Assembly (NCBI RefSeq): GCF_001194135.2
Contig: NC_068982.1
Coordinates: 16,319,683 to 16,371,675 of the forward strand
DNA: 51,993 nucleotides
Direction: 5' to 3'
From: Octopus bimaculoides
Taxonomy: Eukaryota
Below the pieces are notes generated by a model. The model saw only the letters and a program-made list of their open reading frames with translations, was not told the DNA's origin and did no database searches. The first letter of the stretch is position 1; each line of letters opens with the position of its first letter. The position numbers were made by a program, and so were the translations under genes. Below are positions 11,730-23,960 of this stretch, piece after piece.

Positions 11730-14449
11730 TCATAGTCTTTATTACTATAGTGATCTGATTAGAAGTAAAAGAGAGTACAAGAGAACAATAACCATAATAA
11801 ATGTAAAAAATGTAATAAGTTCAAGAAACTATTCTCCTGACAACAGCAGTTTGCATGTTGTATATATGTATATCATCATCATCATCACTGGCGGCCATAG
11901 TTACATGTGCAGTAGAGTACAGAGAATAAAAGAGAGGGTGAGATGAGGATTAGTGATAGAGAGATGAAAGACTATCAAGGAGGTGGAGAAGGCACCAGCT
12001 GTAGACTTATTAGGGCCATATTGGGCAAAAGACCAAAACACAGATATATTTACATTTATATATGAAATACTGCTGGCCTTGAGCGTAAATTAGGGGCCAT
12101 TATCATAGCTGTGGTTGTTTCTAACACAGGCACAAAGACCCAGTTTTTTTAACAGGGGCATACAGTCAATTAGATTGGTGCAAGTACTTAATTTGTGCCC
12201 ATTTTATTGACTTGGATGAAAGACAAAGTCAGCCAAGGCTGCAATTAAACTCAAAGGGTACATAACTAACAACCACAAGAAACGTTGGCTCTCACTCTAC
12301 CAGTTCTGCCAGAGTAAAGAATTTAATCACTATTTTCCCATGTTGACATGTAAGAACCAAAAAGCAAGATTTAAAAATACTCAAGTCAGGATATATTTCA
12401 AAGGTTTTTGCTTGAAGTCCATCATAAAAATTATTTCAGCATCAATTCCAAAAACATTAGACAATCTTATGAAAAGAACTTTCGGACAAACTGCTTATAT
12501 TATTCAGCTGAATAACCATTGCCAAGACTTGTTCAGTGAATACAATTACCAAGTAACAATCTTAGAAAGTATATTAAGGAATGTTTTGATAAGAGCACTG
12601 TTTTTTTTTTTTTTTTTTGTCTTTTACTATTTGCATCTATTTTCTTCATGCTAGCACAGATTGAACAGTTTGTGAACCTTTGAATCAATATTGTTGGAGC
12701 AACTGCTTTTAGAACTAAGATGGTCGTTTTGCTATTGATAAGTCAAATGCAAATGAAGAGTGAAACCTATTTTATCAGTTACACAGACTGATGCAAGCAG
12801 AATAAATACATACAAAACGAAATTATTTTTACACTACAACTTTAATCATCATTTTTTTTTTCTATGAATTGCTTTAATTTTTGAATTGTTATTTTTGCAA
12901 TTTTCTCATTTGCTCATTCAAAGTAAAATGTTCGATAAATGAAGTGTGTTTAAAAATATAAATTTTTAATAATTATTTTCTTAACATAATTTGATAATAC
13001 AAAACTAATTTCAGAAAAATAACATGCTATAATTATTTTCTTGAAGACAAAAATCATAAAATTATTAAAAATTGTACTAAAAATGTTTAAATAATTACTA
13101 TAAGATGTTTGAAACCAAAACTTCAAAGTCAGAAGGGCTTTGAAAAATGATACAATGGAAATTTTGAAATTTAATCAATAAAAATCATAAAAAAACAAAC
13201 AAACAGAAAACATTGAACAGTAGAAACAGCAAGGAGCTGTTTTTGCTTAATACACATACACACATCCATACATATAGCATAAAACAAAAGTAATCTTATT
13301 TCTAAAAAAAATAAACTTCAGTAAAAAAAAGTTTTGAAGAAATATAATCCAATTTTTGTATTATAATAACTTGTGTCTCAATTCTGTATAACTTGGGAAA
13401 AAAAAAGTGTTCAAAAATGTACATTGAATTACTAGTTTTACCAAATCTTGCAGAACAATAATAAAACCACAATGTAGAAATGGAATCTTCCTATAAATTT
13501 ACAATGCTTCAAGCAAAAGAAACACTAGACAGATATTTTACCTCAATGCTTTCACCTTAATTCTTGTTTCAAATTGCTAATTCACTGAGATTTTTCAGAC
13601 TGAAATATCATAAGCTTTCTTAGAAATAATATCTTTTCTATCACGTATATCTATTACTTGTTTCAGTCATTAGACTGTGGCCATTCTGGGGCAGTGCCTT
13701 GAAGGATTTTAGTCGAATGAATCAACCCCAATACTGATTGTCAAGTGGTGAGGGGGCACAAACACAAACGTGCGCACGCACACACACACACACACACACA
13801 CACATCAAATCTACTCACAAGGCTTTAGTTGGCCCAAGGCTATAGCTCAAGCTGCCACACAGTGGGGCTGAACCCAGAACCATGAGGTTGGAAAGCAAGC
13901 TTCTTACCACACAATCATGCTTGCACCTATATGTTTATATATATATATAATTCCAAGAGAGTTAGAGGTTGTGAATCCAACCCACTAAGGGATAATATCT
14001 ATCCAATATGCTGCCGGAAGGATACCCGATTTGTATATTGTTTTTATTGTCCTGTCCTCTTAATTGAAAAATAAACAGGTAAATTGACATAATACAATGT
14101 CTGCAAGTTGATGAGTACCACATATTCCCCTCCATTTTCTTATTGCTATATATATATATATATATATATATATGCATGTATATATTATAGAGGGGTTGAC
14201 CCGTTTATGGGGTTACTCTGGGTTTCTTGCTGATAAGGTGTTTAGCCTTACAGCATATCTTCAGACCCCAAACACTGCTGGCATGAGACCTCTTTAAAAT
14301 ATGGAGGGGGAAAGCCTTGTTTTTAAGGGTAAAACCCTAGGTGATTATCTCCCTTTGCCAATATCTATTGATCTTTGGCCAGACAGTTATCTATATATAT
14401 ATATATGTGTACACATATACATATACACACACAATATTTTTTATTTATC

Positions 14450-15030
14450 ATCATCATCGTCGTCATTATTATTTAACATCCGCTTTCCATGCTGGCAAGC
14501 CAAAAGGCTGCACCAGGCTCCAGTCTGATCTGGCAATGTTTCTACAGCTGGATGCCCTTCCTAATGCCAACCACTCTGAGAGTGTAGGGGGTGCTTTTCT
14601 GCAATATACTGCATATGGAAGAGGACAGCTGCATAAAGAAGTGCTGAGCTCTAATTGTGGAAGGAACCTGTGGAAGAGGTAGACCCAGGAAAAGTGGGAT
14701 GAAGCGGTGAGAAAAGATCTTTGGACACTGGGCCTCACTGAGAAAATGACAAGGGACCTGGAGTTGTGGTAATTTGCTGTACTTGGGAAGATGCATCAAG
14801 ATACGTAAATGCACTTATGCTTCATAAATGCATGCACACTGGTGGCATGTAAAAAACATCCAGTACACTCTGTGAAGTGGTTGGCATTAGGAAGGGTGTC
14901 CACCCATAGAAACCATGCCACAACAGACGACTGGAGTCTGGACAGCTCCCCAGTTGGCCAGCTCCATGTTAGACCATCCAATCCATATCAGCATGGAAAA
15001 CGAATTTATGATGATGATGATGATGATGTT
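14450..15030. mobile_element. Family C tail (minus, 14450-14600), RTE 3' end (plus, 14600-14800) and family C tail (plus, 14830-15030)
   Basis: GTGGAAGGAACCTGTGGAAGAGGTAGACCCAGGAA is an RTE GRPRKTW-type region; the two family C tails are in opposite orientation. Confidence 0.8.
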
Positions 15031-15557
15031 ATATATTTTGTGATTGGTTTTAGTTCTTAACTTTGTGTCTATAAATTATTTCAAAATAAAAAGGTTTATA
15101 ATGGTTACCAAATACTTAAATTCTTGATACCGGAAACTTCAAAAATTGCAACAAAATGTCACAACTCTGAATTTATGTTTCAATAGATTTTGAAAATGCA
15201 ATAAGTAATTTGGAGGGGTTTATTGAAATAACTAGCTGGCCCTGTAACATCAAAAATGACAGCTAATTGCAGTATTTTGTATATAAATATGGAGGGTAAA
15301 TCAAATTAAAACACTTGTCAATGTTCACATACATTCACATACTTCCCTTGTACACATACTCACATATACTCACACAAAGTTGAAATGCTCTTTGATTTTT
15401 CTTTTCAGCATTGAATATTCACCATCCCACCAGTTTGCCATCACCCCTTCCTTCCTTATTCATCTATCACCCTTTCCTTTCTCATTCATATGTTGTGATG
15501 GAGAAAAACACAAGAGTACTATTATAGTAGATGATTTTATTATTAGGCTGTTGTGAT

Positions 15558-15614
15558 TACCCAAGTCATAATTTTGTGTAAGAAAGTGTCTTACATAAAA
15601 TTATGACTCTGGTA
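15558..15614. repeat. Short hairpin: 20-bp stem, 5-nt loop
   Basis: AGTCATAATTTTGTGTAAGA-aagtg-TCTTACATAAAATTATGACT with one mismatch, plus an outer TACC/GGTA extension. Confidence 0.9.
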
Positions 15615-16469
15615 GCTCAGTTACTTAACGTCCATTTTTCCATGTTAGCATGGGTTAGCCACAGACATGTCTGATGCAGGATTTACAACCAGATGCTCTT
15701 CCTGTTGCCAAACCTTATCTGTTTTTCAAATAAAGGATATTTTTTTTTATATGACATGTCTTCAACAGTGCCGGGCAACTGACTATGGTGTCAATAAGGA
15801 AGGCAAACGTACTACTGGTAAAGGTATGAAATGACAATATCGCTACACACACACATACACACACACCAACTTCATTCACAAGACATTGGTTGGCTGAAGA
15901 AGGTTTTAATTTAAATATAAACACTTTAAAACATACAACTTTATATCATAGAAATAAGAGCTAGCTTTAAGCAGGTTAGAATCAAATGAGATAGTATCTT
16001 AAATATCTTGCATAATTATAACTATTAAAATCTCTCACACAAATTGGTTTCATATTACTACAGTATTAAAAACAACTGTACTTTCCAAGGTCCTAAATGT
16101 GCACAAGCATCATGGGATAACTTTTAAGTGATATGCTATTCACATTAATTTTTTTTTTCTAATAGCTTCTCTTACTAAGTGTAAAGATATTAATAACATT
16201 AATTTTCCAAACTAGTGTCACAAAATGGAATTAAGTTAGCAAGATCATTGAGCTTGGAATGTGTTCATAGCTGAAGCAAATGTATTTTACTAATGCAGAT
16301 TATACCAACTGAGGAAACCTAGAACAATGCAACATTCCATTCCTGGCCATAGACTATAGGAGCTTGTGTTTGGTGGGAAATAACCAATATTATAATTTTC
16401 CTTCCAGTTGTTTATTTAAGAGGATGTGCATGGTCTAAAAAGACTAGGTCTACCTCATGGTCCTGGCAG

Positions 16470-17420
16470 ACAAAATGGAAAATGTGTTGCCATGGAGGTA
16501 CTAGAGCAGTCACTCAGATTTACAGGGCTCACACCCATGGCTGGAGTGTGAGCTCCACTTACAAGGCTCACACTCTGTTCAACTTGGTAGCAGTGAACAG
16601 AGATGTAGTCCAAGAGCCAAGAATGCTAGAGATCTCAACTGTCACAGGCTCAGCCACAAATCTCTTAAAGAGCAGCCAATACTTTTTCATTCTGCCCTTC
16701 TTGTCTTGATGAGCAGAGAAGCCTGGGCTGGCAGACAAACACACCAGGTTGCTGCTGGAGAAGGTGTCACAGCTTGTAGCATCCCAGATGAGGGACCTAT
16801 CACCATGTAACGAGAAAGTTGTCATGCCATCTGGCCTTTTACTGACCCCTCTGTACAAGCCCACTAGCTTGAGCTGGGAAGGGAAGCCTGTAGTGTCTAG
16901 GCCATACTTCATGATCTCACTGAGAGCAGCATGGTTTGGAAGATGGCCAGCACTATAATGGCATGACAATGGGTGGAGACTAAAGGAACCCACAGTGGAT
17001 CCACAGCAGCATTTGTGAGACTCACAGATCCAGAAGTCAAAGCCTCAGGAAACACCAATGTGCAAACAGTCGCTATCCAGCTGAGTGCCAGTTAAGAGTG
17101 GTGGTCAGGATGGTGCACCAGCTTGTCTGAGATCGTGCTGCATTGGATGGCATCCTAGTTGTTTTGTGGGGACTGGACATCCACAAAGGGGAAAGGAGAT
17201 GGGAGCTGAGCTGGGTCCATGTTGTGTAGGCTATCTCATGCTCCCATCAAAGCAGGTTCAGTTGTGTTGTGGAGAACCCTGACGAAAGGTCACCAAAAGA
17301 AATACTGGCAGGACAAGTAAGACCAGAGAGTGGAAGCCCAGGCCTCCAAGTGAGGTGGCCTGTTGCCACCCAGTGCTGTCAGACCAGGCATTACTGGAAA
17401 GAATTTGCAGATGTTATAAC
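16470..17420 (-). mobile_element. Fragment of a CRE-like non-LTR retrotransposon (zinc knuckle plus restriction-like endonuclease)
   Basis: Translation contains WQQATSLGGLG, HKCCCGSTVGSFSLHPLSCHYSAGHLPNH, KRPDGMT...SLIWDATSCDT...KKY...FVAEPVTVE, i.e. the CCHC plus RPD/WD/E motifs of REL-encoding elements; decayed. Confidence 0.75.
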
Positions 17421-18234
17421 CAAAAACAAGGCAAATACCAGAAACAATTTATATAAACTCATAAATTGACTAATAAATTAAAACTTATGGATTTTCTGTA
17501 CTAAATTCAGAACTGAGGTTTTGGGCTTTTTTTTTCTTTTTAATGTTTGACATCTCTTATTCCATGATTGCATGTATGGGGAGGTTTATTTGTTAGAGCA
17601 ATTAATTTTACAACTAGACACCGTTCTTGTAGTTAACCACTCAATCACGAATTAGGAGAGGAGCCTCTTTTGTTTTCTTTTAAGGCAAACTGGAGCAAGC
17701 AGTGTTTGTTCAGAGATGCAATACAAAAGGCTGCAATAAAATCTGAATACATAACCATATGGTAACTAGTCCATCAACTTAATTTCAAACTCCAAACACT
17801 GAAGAAATATAAGTTATAAAACATTTCACACATCAAAGAATTTTATATAAATATTTCTTATTGAAGACTTACACTCACTTGATGACGTGTATGTGTGTAT
17901 GTGTGTGCATGTGTGTGTGAGCACGATTATAAAGTTGATTTTTCAACCATATGCTTCTGGATTCTATCGCATTGTGTGGCACCTTGAGCAAGTGGCCTCT
18001 GCTGTATCTTTGAGTTGACCACTACATTGAGAGTGAGATTTGGCAGATGGAATTGCATGGAGGTCTGCTGAGAATGTGATGTGTAAATATTTATATACAC
18101 AAACAGACAGACCAACATGTATACACACATATATATGTGTGTGTGTGTGAGTATGTATGTATATATCATCATCATCATCATCACACATGTTAAATGATAT
18201 GATGATTTTACATATATATATATATATACATATG

Positions 18235-18655
18235 CTGGTGGAACATAAAAAGCACCCACTACACTCTCAGAGTAGTTGGCGTTAGGAAGGGCATCCAGCT
18301 GTAGAATTTCTGCCAGATCAGATTGGAGTCTGGTGCAGCCTTCTTATTTCTTTATTGCCCACAAAGGGATAAACATAGAGGGGACAAACAAGGACAGATA
18401 AAGGGATTAAGCTGATTACATTGACCCCAGTGCGTAACTGGTACTTAATTTATCGACCCTGAAAGGATGAAAGGCAAAGTCGACCTGGCGGAATTTGAAC
18501 TCAGAATGTAACGGCAGACGAAATACCGCTAAGCATTTCGCCCGGCGTGCTAACGTTTCTGCCAGTTTGCTGCCTTAAGTCAAACCGTCCAACCCATGCC
18601 AGCATAGAAAGTGGATGTTAAATGATGACGACAACGATGATGATGATGATGATAT
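18235..18655. mobile_element. Family C tail (plus) interrupted by a family B SINE (minus, about 18345-18573)
   Basis: The host sequence GGTGCAGCCTTC...AGTCAAACCGTCC is split by a near-complete family B copy. Confidence 0.85.
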
Positions 18656-18699
18656 ATATACATATCGTTGCTATTATGCAAAAGTGTCCTAAGTCCAAA

Positions 18700-19350
18700 A
18701 TGTTGCTTTTTCAGAAAACGAAAAAGGAGTTTCAACATCCCATAGCAAAACCATTGTACTACACTGACAATGTTTGATATGTTGGCATCTGAAGCAGTTG
18801 GAGATACAATAGTTTGACCAAAAGAACCAGGCTATTGCAAGCAAATCTAAATATTGAAACAATGCATTTGGCCAGATTTGGACATACAACAGTTTAACAT
18901 AATAACAACAATATATATATTGCCCCGAGGGCTGACTTGGTGTATTTACACCTATTTGTCGACAGTGAGAAACGTTCTCCATGACAAAATGCACTGAATG
19001 GCTGGCTTTTTCATGGGCCCAAATATGCCTCAAGCATATTGGAACTGGTAACGAGTTCTTATTTATATACATCACTGCTTAGAGCTGTCACCTAGTATTT
19101 TATTTATGGCAAGTCACTGAATAGCACAACCAGTCATTGAACAACAATGGAAATATCATAAGAGGGACTTGTCTCTCATGTCAGTTCACAACACCTCCCT
19201 TTCTGGTCTCTGTTGCTGAAGAGGAGATAATCACTCTGAAAAACCATGCATCCCACTGTCTGTTTAGAGAGTGCAGTGAGCTGACTCTGTGTATTTGCAC
19301 CTATCAGTCAACAGCAAGAAATTTTCTCCATAACAAAATACAGTGATTGG
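18700..19350 (+). mobile_element. Possible highly decayed piggyBac-like transposase C-terminus
   Basis: FDQKNQAIASKSKY*NNAF resembles the D-Q..Y...RKS.KWW segment; a Cys-rich tail reads CLFRECSELTLC; many stops and frameshifts. Confidence 0.35.
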
Positions 19351-19379
19351 CTCTTTTTACAAGTAAAACAAGTTATATA

Positions 19380-19980
19380 TCATCATCATCGTTTAACGTC
19401 CGCTTTCCATGCTAGCATGGGTTGGACGATTTGACTGAGGACTGGTGAAACCGGATGGCAACACCAGGCTCCAATCTAATTTGGCAGAGTTTCTACAGCT
19501 GGATGCCCTTCCTAACGCCAACCACTCAGAGAGTATATATATATATATTGACCCTAAGACTTATTCTTTGTAAGCCTAGTACTTATTCTATTGGTCTCTT
19601 TTGCCAAACTGCTAAGTTACAGGGATGCAAACACACCAAGATCAGTTGTCGAGCGATGGTGGTGGTGGTGGTGGTGGTGGGGAGACAAACAGACACAAAG
19701 ACACACACACATAAATATATAGATATATATAAGACAAGCTTCTTTAAGTTTCCGTCTATCAAATCCACTCACAAGGCTTTGGTCGGCCTGAGGTTATATT
19801 AGAAGAGATTTGCCCAAGGCGCCACACAGTGAGACTGAACCTAGAACCATGTGGTTGGGAAGAAAGCTTCTTACCACACAGCCACATCATGATCATCATC
19901 ACCATTTAATGTTCATATTGCATGCTGGTTAGGGCTGGATGGTTTGACAAGGAACCAAGGAGTCAAAGACTGCACTGTAC
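19380..19980 (-). mobile_element. Cluster of family C, family A and family C SINE pieces
   Basis: Same diagnostic strings as the other copies. Confidence 0.85.
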
Positions 19981-20936
19981 ACCAGGGTCTGGAGTATACT
20001 GGATCTCCATCAGTTTCACTGAGGAGTATTCAGTCACTGAAGCCACCAAAATTACCTGTTCATTGAATTATCATGTAACAGGCTGAATGTTCCAAGGACA
20101 GGCTGAATGCAATTCTCAAGTAGAACCAGTATGACAATACGAGAACCATCCAATAGGCATCCACACAGTTTCCTTCAACTTAATTTAATTTCTATGAATA
20201 CATCATGGCTGAATAATCAAGAAGTTCACAATCACAAGGCCCCAGGGCTTGGCATCTTAGGCAAGTGTTTTATATCATAGCTTTGGATCGACTAAAGTCT
20301 TGTATGCATGTGTATACATTGACCCATCCATCTTTTGATACATATGCAGACAATAACATATGCATATGAGTGTCTGTGTATATATGTGTGTATATATGTG
20401 AGCCCAACCCATGCAAGTGTAAAGAAACAGAAATAAAATGATGACGATGATGATGTCGATGTATGTATGCACAGCTTTCTATGGAGGATGGAAACATTGC
20501 CATGAAAGAAGAATGGCTGATACTGGCATATGACTCCCACAGTCAGAAACGAAGTGACCCAGTGACTAATCCATTGGAAACCTTTACCCACAACACTTAT
20601 TCTTCATAAATTGCAACACAAAATGAAATAAATAAATAAATGCTTTTAATCCAGCCCTCCTTTATTAGCTATAAAAGAAGATTCTTGGTCTTCTCAATAT
20701 GGTGGTTTGGAAATAATTTAGTCCCTAGTTCAAACTTGTATGAAACACATTCTATACTTCAGAGTCATCAAGATTGTTAACTATGAGTTTCCTGATAGTA
20801 AATGTATATGTTGTTGCAAAACATTTTTCACTGTTGGGATGGAATTTAAAAGATTGCCAGAAATACTGATTTCATGTGTTATATATAAGATAGTAGCAAA
20901 AGTACCAGTTTACAGAAAGTATTAATAAAAAAATCA

Positions 20937-21493
20937 GTACTTCTTTGGTATTCCCTGCCACCCTATAACTTTTGAACCAGTAATTTTTTTTTTTTAATTT
21001 TTCAGATTCATATGTTTTCGATATCAGAGATTAAGATTTAGCAAAAAAAATTTTTTTTATTTCAGTCTCCCCACACCAATTTATTTGCTTTGTTTACAGT
21101 TGACAAGACGCATAAACTGACAGCTTCCAAATCCTGTTTCTTGATTGGGTGAAAATTATCAAACTTTAAACCTCTATAACTTTTTAAATACATTCAAGTT
21201 AAATTGTTGGAGTTGTTTCACCTTTTAAAGAATAATGTTTTTGAAAAGTTATAGAGGTTTAAAGTTTGATAATTTTCACCCAGTCAGGAAACAGGATTTG
21301 GAAGTTGTCATTTTGTGTGTGACAGCACATCAACAGTAAACAAATTGGGTTGGTGTAGGGTGGAATTGAAATCAAAAACAAGTTGTTTTTTTTTGCTTCA
21401 ATATTGAAAACATGAATCTGAAAAAAAATTAAAAAGATTAAAAAAGCACTGGTTCAAAAGTTATAGGGTATAAGGGAATTCCAAAGAAGTACC
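20937..21493. mobile_element. Mutator/MULE-type non-autonomous foldback element with about 250-bp arms and a 9-bp TSD
   Basis: Termini GTACTTCTTTGG...CCAAAGAAGTACC. Inner arms 21118-21184 and 21243-21310 differ at only about 3 of 67 positions. TSD AAAAAATCA at 20928-20936 and 21494-21502. Confidence 0.85.
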
Positions 21494-21813
21494 AAAAAAT
21501 CATATAGTTTATGATCTCCTCTAACAAAAATGTGCCCATACACAAAATGTCAGCTTCTTGAGAGTAAAACTGTAGCTTAAAAACATGGTACCTACTTAAA
21601 GACATTCACTTTTAGATATGAAGAATTGTAGCTATAAATCTGAGAATTGAACAGACTGATAGAGGACCTTAAATTACTAACCATCAATATTTTTCTCATA
21701 GATACATGAAATGAATGACAATAATAATTTTTTTTTAAATGGGAATGACATAATTAAGCTACATCTAAGAAATTTTTAAGAGGCAAAAAACAAGAAAGAT
21801 GAATGTAACTCAC

Positions 21814-22600
21814 CTGCTACTTGTGTCTCTGTAGCAAAAGATGTGGCTCCTTGCAAAGTAACAGACTCTTCTGTAGGAATTGGATCTTGAGCAGATGAAA
21901 ATGTCTGGAGTGCTGCTGCTTCTTCCTCTCCCTCACAAGATGTAATTTGTAACATATCAGTTATCTTGTTAGGGGACGATGGAGCAGCTGGCGTTGAAGT
22001 GACTAACAATGGCATTGAAGGCAGTATAGTACGGCCATCAATGTCAGAGGTTTGTGGCTGGCAGTTGCTGATATACCAGCGAGAAGGCCGTGTTGGAGGG
22101 ACTGCATAATTAGTGTCTGGTGAAAGAACAGTTTCAATATGACTACTTTGACTGGAAGTTGTACCACAGTTGTTAGTTTTATCAGCAACAGTTTGTATAT
22201 TATTAGTATTATTCCCATTACTGCTGCTAGTAGAGAGACTGGCATTGTTTGGTATAACTGTGTTTGTCGTAGAATTATTAGTGATAGTAGATAGATTAGT
22301 ACTACTGGTGGTAACTACCTCACCACTTAGTACTGATGGTCGGTTCGCTTCATTTGGTTCTTCTTTTATAATGATTGGAGCTTGTCCTGATCCACGGATG
22401 GGAGTATTTATTTTATCCAATCCATTAGAACAGCAACAATCACTTTTAGTTATTACTTCACTAAAAAGATAATCTTCCTGATAGTCATCAACAGCTACTT
22501 TAAAATTGCCACATATTTTCACACTATTCCAAAAAGTGGCATTAGCATGAAAGTATTGATGTAAAAAACTGGAGAAAGCCTCCTTGAAATCAAGGCCCAT
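21814..22600 (-). CDS. First coding exon of an uncharacterised, probably nuclear/transcription-regulatory protein (262 codons plus 1 nt)
   Basis: Long stop-free frame in AT-rich DNA. Pyrimidine-rich acceptor tatAG at 22628-22627 followed by 26 nt of UTR with an in-frame TGA. Good Kozak context agaATGG. Perfect donor CAG|GTGAGT at 21814. IKEE motif and S/T/N/P-rich composition. Confidence 0.85.
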
Positions 22601-23089
22601 TCTTTCAGATATAAAGTAGATTCATCCTATAATGGTCCAACAAAGAAAAGAAAAAGAACAGTTAATGTTTTATTATTACCGATAATACACACCAAAATAT
22701 ATTAATATAAATGGGGAAGAGTACTTCTTTTTTAATTAAAGATATGTTTATGGTACAACTGAAATTGTATAGTAAGTTTCCTAAACATCTTTATTTTGAG
22801 CGTCCAACAATCATTCTCAAGATATACTTCAATTTTCTTTTTCTAATTTTAAGCTTGAATGAAAATCATCCTCCATAAAATTGCAGATGTGCTGTAGAAA
22901 TATAATTCAGAAGAAAAATTCTGATCTGAAAAGCAACAAGGAAAACACAACATTGGGGATTATATGATAGCAATAACTTTATATGATCTTTGGTACTTGT
23001 CGATCAAGCAAAATTTAAAATTAGACAACACAGGCCAGAAACACTGAATGATGTGTGTTCAAGAAGGAAGATGAAGACAAATGAGAAAC

Positions 23090-23960
23090 ATCATCATCAT
23101 CATCGTCGTTTAACGTCCGCTTTCCATGCTGGCATGGGTTGGATGGTTTGACTGAAGGCTGGCAAGCCAGAAGGCTGCACCAGGCTCCAATCTGATTTGG
23201 CAGAGTTTCTACAGCTGGATGCCCTTCCTAATGCCAACCACTCTGAGAGTGTGGTGGGTGCTTTTTACGTGCCACCGGCAGGAAACCAGTCAGCTGGCAC
23301 TGGCATCAACCATGCTTGCAATGTGCTTTTTACGTGGCACTGACACGGAAGCCAGTCAGGCGGCACTGGCAACGACCACGCTCGACTGGTGCTTTTTTAT
23401 GTGCCACCAGCATGGGTGCCAGTCAAGCGGCACTGGCAACGACCACGCTCAAATGGTGCTTTTTACGTGCCACGCTTTTTACGTGCCACCAGCATGGGAG
23501 CCAGTCAGGTGGTACTGGCATTGGCCACGACAATGACTTCACTTGACTCAACAGGTCTTTGCAAGTGCAGTTTATTGCCCAATGACTCTTAAATGGGCTG
23601 GTTATGCTACACTGGTATAGGCCCCGGTTATGATCTCACTTGGCTTGGCTGGTCTTCTCAAGCACAGCATATCTCCAAAGGTTTCGGTCACTTGTCATCA
23701 GCTCCATGAGGCCCAACTTTTGAAGGTCATGCTTCACCACCGCTTCCCAGTTCTTCCTGGGTCTACCTCTTCTACAGGTTCCCCTCTACTGCTAGGGTGT
23801 GACACTTTTTTACAAAGCTGTCCTCATCCATATGCAACACATGACTACACCAGCACAGTTGTCTCTCTTGCACACCACATCTGATGCTACTTATGTCCAA
23901 CTTTTCTCTCAAGACACACTCTATCGTGCGTGCACACTGACATTACACATCCAACAGAGC
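23090..23960 (-). mobile_element. RTE LINE 3' end (23600-23960) continuous with the family C tail
   Basis: The reverse complement encodes RTE C-terminal motifs and runs into the GTTAGGAAGGGCATCC...GATGATGAT tail. Confidence 0.85.
23261..23530. repeat. Internal minisatellite of the family C/RTE 3' UTR, about 66-bp unit x4
   Basis: CTTTTTA(C/T)GTG starts at 23261, 23326, 23392 and 23459, with a partial duplication at 23475. Confidence 0.85.

Noticed and set aside
18689-19075. 128-aa minus-strand ORF as a host exon (superficially Cys/His-rich)
   Set aside because: No C2H2 spacing and no convincing splice sites in phase; better explained as antisense of a decayed transposase
22003-22472. Overlapping ORFs 22003-22245 (-) and 22170-22472 (+)
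   Set aside because: Shadow frames of the real low-complexity exon
23261-23530. Repeat-spacer-like periodicity (about 66 bp)
   Set aside because: The whole unit is homologous between copies and lies inside a retroelement 3' UTR; a minisatellite, not CRISPR
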